Below, in pieces: positions 57,275 through 64,000 of a stretch of DNA of 64,000 nucleotides (its first letter is position 1; each line of letters begins with the position of its first letter). The position numbers were made by a program, and so were the translations under genes. The stretch comes from Eledone cirrhosa (taxonomy: Eukaryota), in contig OZ024743.1 of the NCBI GenBank assembly GCA_964016885.1, positions 301,072,001 through 301,136,000 on the forward strand, in the 5' to 3' direction. The notes under the pieces are model-generated. The model saw nothing but the letters and a program-made list of their open reading frames with translations. It was not told the DNA's origin and searched no databases.

Positions 57275-58470
57275 AATATATATACACATATATGTGTACA
57301 TAGACACATACATACACATCAATATTCACTCGTACAAAAATATACATACTTGCAAAGAGAAAAGCGTGCTAATTGTAGTTATGGCAAAAAGAAGGTAAAG
57401 TAACATTGTAGTAGTGAAATGAGAGAAACTAGGATCTAGGATCAAATGATTGCAGCAGCTGAGAAGGAGTAAGATTGTTGGTAGATGAGGTATTTACAGA
57501 CAATTGTGTGGTATAGACTTGTGAAGGAAATAGTATACTTAATGAATATATTTCTGTGGGTAGTAGGTATCCTAATTTAAAGCTATGTTATGTTGGTTCG
57601 ATTCACGGAGGTTTGAATCTTATGAATTTAGTGGCTATTCTATGTCTGCAGAAGATAGATCTTTCTAACTTATTATTAAGTAGCCTTTTAACATTTCTAA
57701 GGATATACAATAGCTCAAGATCACACAGCCCGCAATAGGACATACCTGTACTATAGGTTTTAGCAGCCGACATCTTCGACCAGTTGATAGTGTAGCTAGC
57801 GTTGCTGTCCTTCAATTCCCATATTTTTCTGGCGAGAGTGGTGGAACCCAAAATTGCTCGATTTTTCATTGAGTGCCTGTGCACATACCATCTTTTCTTA
57901 AAAGAACCCGCGGTGGATCCTATGTAATTCCAGGTGGAGTTACCCGAGATGACAGTGCACATGTACACCAGGCTCGAATCGAGACATCTATTCGCCAATG
58001 GGCACCTATCTGGGAGGTGACAGTTGCAGTTTGAGGCGCTATTTTGTGCAGCTTTTACATTCCTATTTAGTACCCTGTTATAAGTGGGTTGTGATATATG
58101 CCCATGGGGTTTTGCTGCTGCGCGTTTGTATGCGCTTGTGGTTGTGATGTTGTGATGAGTTTGTGCTTATGTATAGGTGCAATTGATTTACTTGAGATAT
58201 TTCTGTGGTTGATCTTACGTATGTGTGATTCTATGTTAGCTGCTGTTGAGAAAGAGAGTTTAATAGTAGATCTATTGAGTATTTTGTGATATATATGCGA
58301 GATAGGGAAGTGTTTATCTATTAGTTTAAAGAATGTAGAGGGCAGTCTAGTTTTTATAGAGGAGTTGAATATTGGGTTGAACCATAGGTATTTTCTTTGT
58401 CTGTTTCTTCTATTATTTCTAGGGTTTACGTTATTAGTGTTTTGGCCGTTTACTCTAGGTGTTACAGCAT
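56705..58470 (-). mobile_element. 5'-truncated PLE (endonuclease plus 3' UTR)
   Basis: WFNP motif near 58380, CHLPDRCPLANRCL, VYMC, NYIGSTAGSFKKRW, CGLC. Degenerate long-stem-II hammerhead at ~56755-56865. Confidence 0.82.
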
Positions 58471-58599
58471 ACCCGCAGCATCACTATGAAAACGCCTTGT
58501 TGAGTCAAACCAAGCCAAGCGTTAATATCATCCACTACCTGGAATACCATAACTGGACTTCACCTAAATGGACTGCATTTAACTATTATTTGTTAATCC

Positions 58600-58658
<59 letters not shown>

Positions 58659-58973
58659 CTATAGAGTAAAGCATGTCCAGAGAATTATTTGATAATATAT
58701 ATACATCATCTCTACTCGCAACCAGCATAATTAACCACACAACATATATTATGCTGATTGGGAGTAGAGATGATGTATTTATATTATCAAATAATTCTCT
58801 GGACATGCTTTACTCAATAGTATTTTGGTCTGATTATTTAATTTATTAACTCTCCATTCAGCCACATCGTGGAAAGTTGCCAAAACACATATATACCTGT
58901 CACTTTGTTTAATTGGTGTATGTGTGTATATATATATATATATAAATATATATATATAGATATAGATATATAT

Positions 58974-59012
<39 letters not shown>

Positions 59013-59021
59013 CTTATACAC

Positions 59022-59158
<137 letters not shown>

Positions 59159-59370
59159 TATAACAGATTGAAGTTTAAGCAAAGAACCCCTATGACACAT
59201 ACGCCTGATCAAAACGCATCCAAACTACCACCCAACCACAACAACCTCACTAAACACAGCAGAACTCGAAGCAGACCTGTCACATGTATTCTATACATGT
59301 CGCCACCAATATACCGGGAACCTATATAACCGGGAACCTATATATATATATGTGTATATATGTATATTTG

Positions 59371-59416
<46 letters not shown>

Positions 59417-59544
59417 GTTAGAGAAGCAAAACATTGCTTATTGTGATCCAAATTTTGGTTAAGAAAACCAGTTTCATGGATGGTTTCAACGTACGGTTAG
59501 GGGTAACTCCACAAGTTTGTAAGAATTCCGTTCAATCTTGGAGT

Positions 59545-60330
59545 ATAAAGTATAAAATAGAAAACACACGTAAGCATTAAGAGAAGGATTTTATCCAGGT
59601 ATTTACGACCGTTTCATTGGTAAGTGCAACCTTATATTGCTATACTGCAAATAGCAGCCACTCAATTATAATTGTGGTTCACAGTCCATATTTGCAAAAT
59701 AGTAATTTACACTTGAAATAATTCTTAATATATAGAGAAACACATTTATTTGGAATTGTATTTACTAGTATAGAGAGAGAGGAATCAGAAGGTGAGGTGA
59801 CTAGTATAGAGAGAGAGGAAGGGGGAAAAGGTAGGAAGTAGAGTGACAAACTAAGATGGAGGGAGGGGTAGAGGTGGAAGGATTCCTTGGTCAGTTTTGA
59901 TGGCAGACTTCATGTCGTGGAATGTCGTGAGTTAAAAGGAATTAAATTGATCATAGTGGGAGGGATGGATAGAGAGGGAGAGAGCTGTTCCACATCTTAA
60001 GTTCGAAGAATAAGTTACTCAACAATAAAATCGAGAGATCAATTTATTGTAACCATAGACTCAAAGAGAAGTTTTCGCACTACAAATCGAACCCTTAGCC
60101 TCTTACTACAACTGACAAACTGCATATAATTAGACGTTCTACCCTCTTATTGTATCTAAACCCTTTTAATTACCCACAAATCCAATGCATATATCCCCCT
60201 CTTCTCCCCCAAACCTTCTATTTCTTCGTTTTCTTCCTTCCTTCCCTCCTCTTCTTGGCTATCTTTTCTTTTCTTCTTTCTCACCCCCTTCTTTGCTTTT
60301 ATTTTTGTCATTATTATCTTTATCTTTATT

Positions 60331-60364
<34 letters not shown>

Positions 60365-60826
60365 TATTTATCTCTTTATATCCCCCCCCCCCTCTCTCCA
60401 TCTCTATCCATCCCTCCCACTATGATCAATTTAATTCTCTTTAACTCACTACATTCCACGACATGAAGTCTGCTATCAAAACTGACCAAGGAATTCTTCC
60501 ACCTCTACCCCTCCCTCCATCTCAGTTTGTCACTCTACTTCCTACCTCTTCCCCTTCCTCTCTCTCTATACTAGTCCCCTCACCTTCTGATTCCTCTCTC
60601 TCTATACTAGTAAATACAATTCCAAATAAATGTGTTTCTCTATATATTAAGAATTATTTCAAGTATAACTTACTATTTTGAAAATTTAGACTGTGAACAA
60701 CAATTATAATTGAGTGGCTGATATTTGCAGTATAGCAATATAATGTTGCACTTACCAATGACATGGTCGTAAATACCTGGATAAAATCCTTCTCTTAATC
60801 CTTACCTGTATTTTCTCTTTTATACT
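59545..60826. repeat. Inverted repeat, ~420-bp arms (59545-59975 / 60390-60826)
   Basis: For example TTAAGAGAAGGATTTTATCCAGGTATTTACGACC vs GGTCGTAAATACCTGGATAAAATCCTTCTCTTAA. Confidence 0.85.
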
Positions 60827-61179
60827 ATATATATATATACACACACACAAACATACACATACATGCCCATATGCAGGTACATATGAACACACGTACAAAC
60901 AGCGATATGCATACAAACGAACGGCCACTCATTCAAATACATACAAACATGTATTCGTAAATATACGCATATAAAAAGGCACATAAAAACACCTCTACAA
61001 GCAGAAAATGCAGATACTTATGTAAGCGGTACTTACATAACCATAGTGCCGTGTTTCATGTTGAGGAGGGGTAGGGGTGGGCTGGGAAGGAGGTAAAGGG
61101 TCTATTTTGTCGGCTGGCATTTAAACAAAAAAAAAGTTGAAAAGTGCTGTTAAAGATGAGGGGAAATTAAACTGCATCT

Positions 61180-61936
61180 AACTCTTATTTATCATATCTA
61201 TATGTATTAGTATAATTTTATCAATATAAATATAACCATCAATTAAATTAATTCATATTCTTTTCATAGATGTATTTTTTTCACTAACACTTTAGTCTAC
61301 TTAGATTTTTGCATTTACATTACTATTTTATAACAGCAACTGCTTGTATACCTTTTACTGACCACCTGACCTATTTTCACCCCTAAAATAAGCTTCAATT
61401 ACTACTATTTTAGCATTTGGCCAATTATTAACTTTCTATTGGTTAATTCTAAACCTCTTACCAAACAGACAGAATATATTAGATCTTTGTTGGTTTTATT
61501 CAATGAACAAATACAATTATTTCTGAGGTCAGCATACGACCTATTTTCTTCCCTAAAATAATCCTTCATTCATAATATTCTTTTCCATCAAAAACTGAAA
61601 TCTACCTTCCTCTACCCATAATTTAAGGTTATTCTACTACTATATGACTAACTTGACCCTCACTATCTCTCTATTGGTCAATTCAAAACCTGTTCCCAAA
61701 CAGACCTATTGTATTGAATCTTTGTTTTTTTCAATAAACAAATATCATTATTTCTGAAGACAGCATATATATGTGTAGATATGTATATTCCCTCTGATAG
61801 TTTGTATAAATATTGTACATAGATCTATAGAATATGCATACTAACTCTAACACATATATATCCTAGAAACGATCGTAAAATGATGAATTTTTTTAAATAT
61901 AAAGAACTGTTTCTTTGTTTATTCATTATTTTATTA

Positions 61937-61942
<6 letters not shown>
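61180..61942 (+). mobile_element. 3' UTR/terminal-repeat fragment of the PLE family at 1-1590, with hammerhead at 61745-61886
   Basis: Colinear with ~970-1590. TCATTATTT-CTGAAGA...GAAAC GATC GTA-AAATGATGA. Confidence 0.85.
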
Positions 61943-61979
<37 letters not shown>

Positions 61980-62682
61980 ATGTTGAAAAGGTAACACACT
62001 AGACATATACAGTGCGCTATCAATAAAACAGGGAAAAAACCACCAGTGTATGGAATCTATAAACTGTGATAGGCAGACTATAGACACGATAATTAAAAAT
62101 AAAAATTAAAGCGTAAATAAATACCTCTATAACTATGTAACACACGTATAAATCCAAAGAGATCTGTTTCGCCTGTCATTTGTTGCCAGAAATGGAATAA
62201 ACGGTTCCTCAGCATGTGTAAGGCTATACATTTCAGACAACACTAAGATCATTTTAAAAGGGACTGTCCAGCTACACGTGGGAGAGAGAAGTCACAGCGT
62301 ATTTAAGGGCAGTGAACCAGTGGCCTCTGAGGCACGGGCTGCTAGAAAGGGCAGCCCAAAACCACTCAGAGAAGTGTGCTCAACCAAACAACGAGATAGG
62401 AAAGACTGTTATAAGGAGCGAAATATCACGATAACTTAACGGAGCCACAGAGCCTCGACATTCCCTCGACATTCCCTGTAAATAATGTGCTCAGAGGAGA
62501 AGAAATCCTTAGCGCACTGTATATCTCTAGTGTGTAACCTTTTCAACATATTGTATTTTAAAGATCTCAGGATTTCTTTGCCTTTGAGCACATGATTTAC
62601 AGGGAATGGCGAGGCTCTACGGCTCGGTAAATTTATCGTGATATATATATATATACATATATATATTTATTCATTATTGCTC

Positions 62683-63700
62683 TTCAGGCTATAACAGAGG
62701 AGTTCAAGACCGGCTGCTCATGGGAACTCCTATACGCAGATGACCTAACGCTCATAGCTGAATCAATGGCCGAGCTAGAGAAGAAATTCCAAACATGGAA
62801 GCACGGCCTAGAATCAAAAGGCCTTAAAATTAACATGGCTAAGACTAAAGTTCTAGTTTGTAGGAAAGAAAATAAGGCGCCGGTCCCTTCCGGGAAATGG
62901 CCATGCTCAGTGTGTAGGAAAGGCGTAGGTAGAAACTCCATTTTATGTCCCAAATGCAAAGTATGGGTGCATAAATGATGTAGTGGGATCACAGGTAAGC
63001 TAACTAAGAACACAGATTTTACATGTGGCCGGTGCTCTGGTGCAATAAGTAGCAGCAAGTGCCCACAAAATACTAGCTCTTTCAACTGCGCAGAGGGTTC
63101 TATAGAAATGGTGGACAGCTTCCGTTACCTGGGTGACAAAATCAGCAGTGGGGGAGGGTGCGCCGAAAGTACAGAACTGGATGGAAAAAGTTCAGAGAGT
63201 TTATACCACTATTAGCCGCTAAAGGATTCTCCCTAAAAGTGAAAGGCAGGTTGTATGATGCCTGCATATGAACAGCAATGTTGCATGGCAGTGAGACATG
63301 GGCATTGTGTGCAGAGGATATACGCAGACTAGCGAGGAACGAAGCTTGCATGCTCCGCTGGATGTGTAATAGTAATATACGCGAACGGCAAAGCATAAAC
63401 GAACTAAGGAAAACATTAGAAATAAGAGGGATCAGATGTTGTTTACTCGAGAGAAGGCTACGTTGGTATGGTCACGTGATGCGCATGGAAGACGACAGCT
63501 GTATAACAAAGTGCAGGGCAATAAAGATAGATGGTAGCCACGGAGTAGGCAGACCCAGAAAAACCTGGGACGAGCTGATAAATTCCGACCTCACACACTT
63601 ACACCTCCCCAAGACAATGTCACTGGACCGAGACCTTTGGCGGTACTCAGTAACAGAGAAGACCCGCGTTACCTAAATACAAAGTAAAACCTACTACATT
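62683..63700 (+). mobile_element. 5'-truncated RTE-clade LINE with a Cys-rich insert
   Basis: ELLYADDL, GLKINMAKTKVLV, KWPCSVCRKGVGRNSILCPKCKVWVHK, FRYLG, MLHGSETW, RRLRWYGHVMRM, GRPRKTW. In-frame stops and frameshifts. Confidence 0.88.
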
Positions 63701-63859
63701 CAGTAGGCATCTCTAACAAAATACACCCCCGTCCCACCACCCCCACCCCATCCACACCGCCCCTTTCAATGTGAAGTTATGTTGGTGCCACAAAATCCAG
63801 GCCGAAACAAATGAGATCGTGTAGGTGTCACGAAAAAAAAACAAAAACACACAGTCCTC

Positions 63860-64000
63860 GCTGTAATGTGACCGTGTAGGCAACACGGTAAAAACGTCCC
63901 AGTCCCACACTGTAAATGTGGTTGGTGTTAGGAAGGGCATCCAGCTGTAGAAAACCTGCCAGACAGTCCACGCTGTAATGTTGCCGTGTAGGCAACACGG
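63860..64000 (+). mobile_element. SINE/LINE-tail fragment with V-domain-like motif and a short direct repeat
   Basis: GGTGTTAGGAAGGGCATCCAGCTGTAGAAAAC; ACAGTCC-CGCTGTAATGT-CCGTGTAGGCAACACGG occurs twice. Confidence 0.4.

Noticed and set aside
62150-62218. CTGAGGA...GAAAC motif on minus strand
   Set aside because: Stem I and the cleavage triplet do not pair.

Overview
AT-rich eukaryotic non-coding DNA with no recognisable host gene. The (TA)n/(CA)n load, SINEs and retroelement set suggest an invertebrate, possibly a cephalopod (inference). Most of the window is decayed mobile elements lying at or in (TA)n microsatellites: at least seven Penelope-like element (PLE) copies or fragments (RT and/or GIY-YIG endonuclease), a Tx1/L1-type LINE, an RTE LINE, two restriction-like-endonuclease LINE remnants, Helitron pieces and tRNA-derived SINEs. 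The standout is an 8.2-kb array (42675-50908) of a near-identical, highly structured 466-bp unit. Each unit carries a canonical type I hammerhead ribozyme. About 4 copies face one way and about 13.6 the other, between two (TA)n tracts. This looks like a non-LTR retrozyme or circular-RNA element integrated with a Penelope-style inversion. More than a dozen further hammerhead motifs lie in PLE terminal repeats and fold-back palindromes, including U3-A8 compensatory core variants, a family-fixed U4A variant and long stem II forms. All structures were paired by eye; no folding or database search was run.
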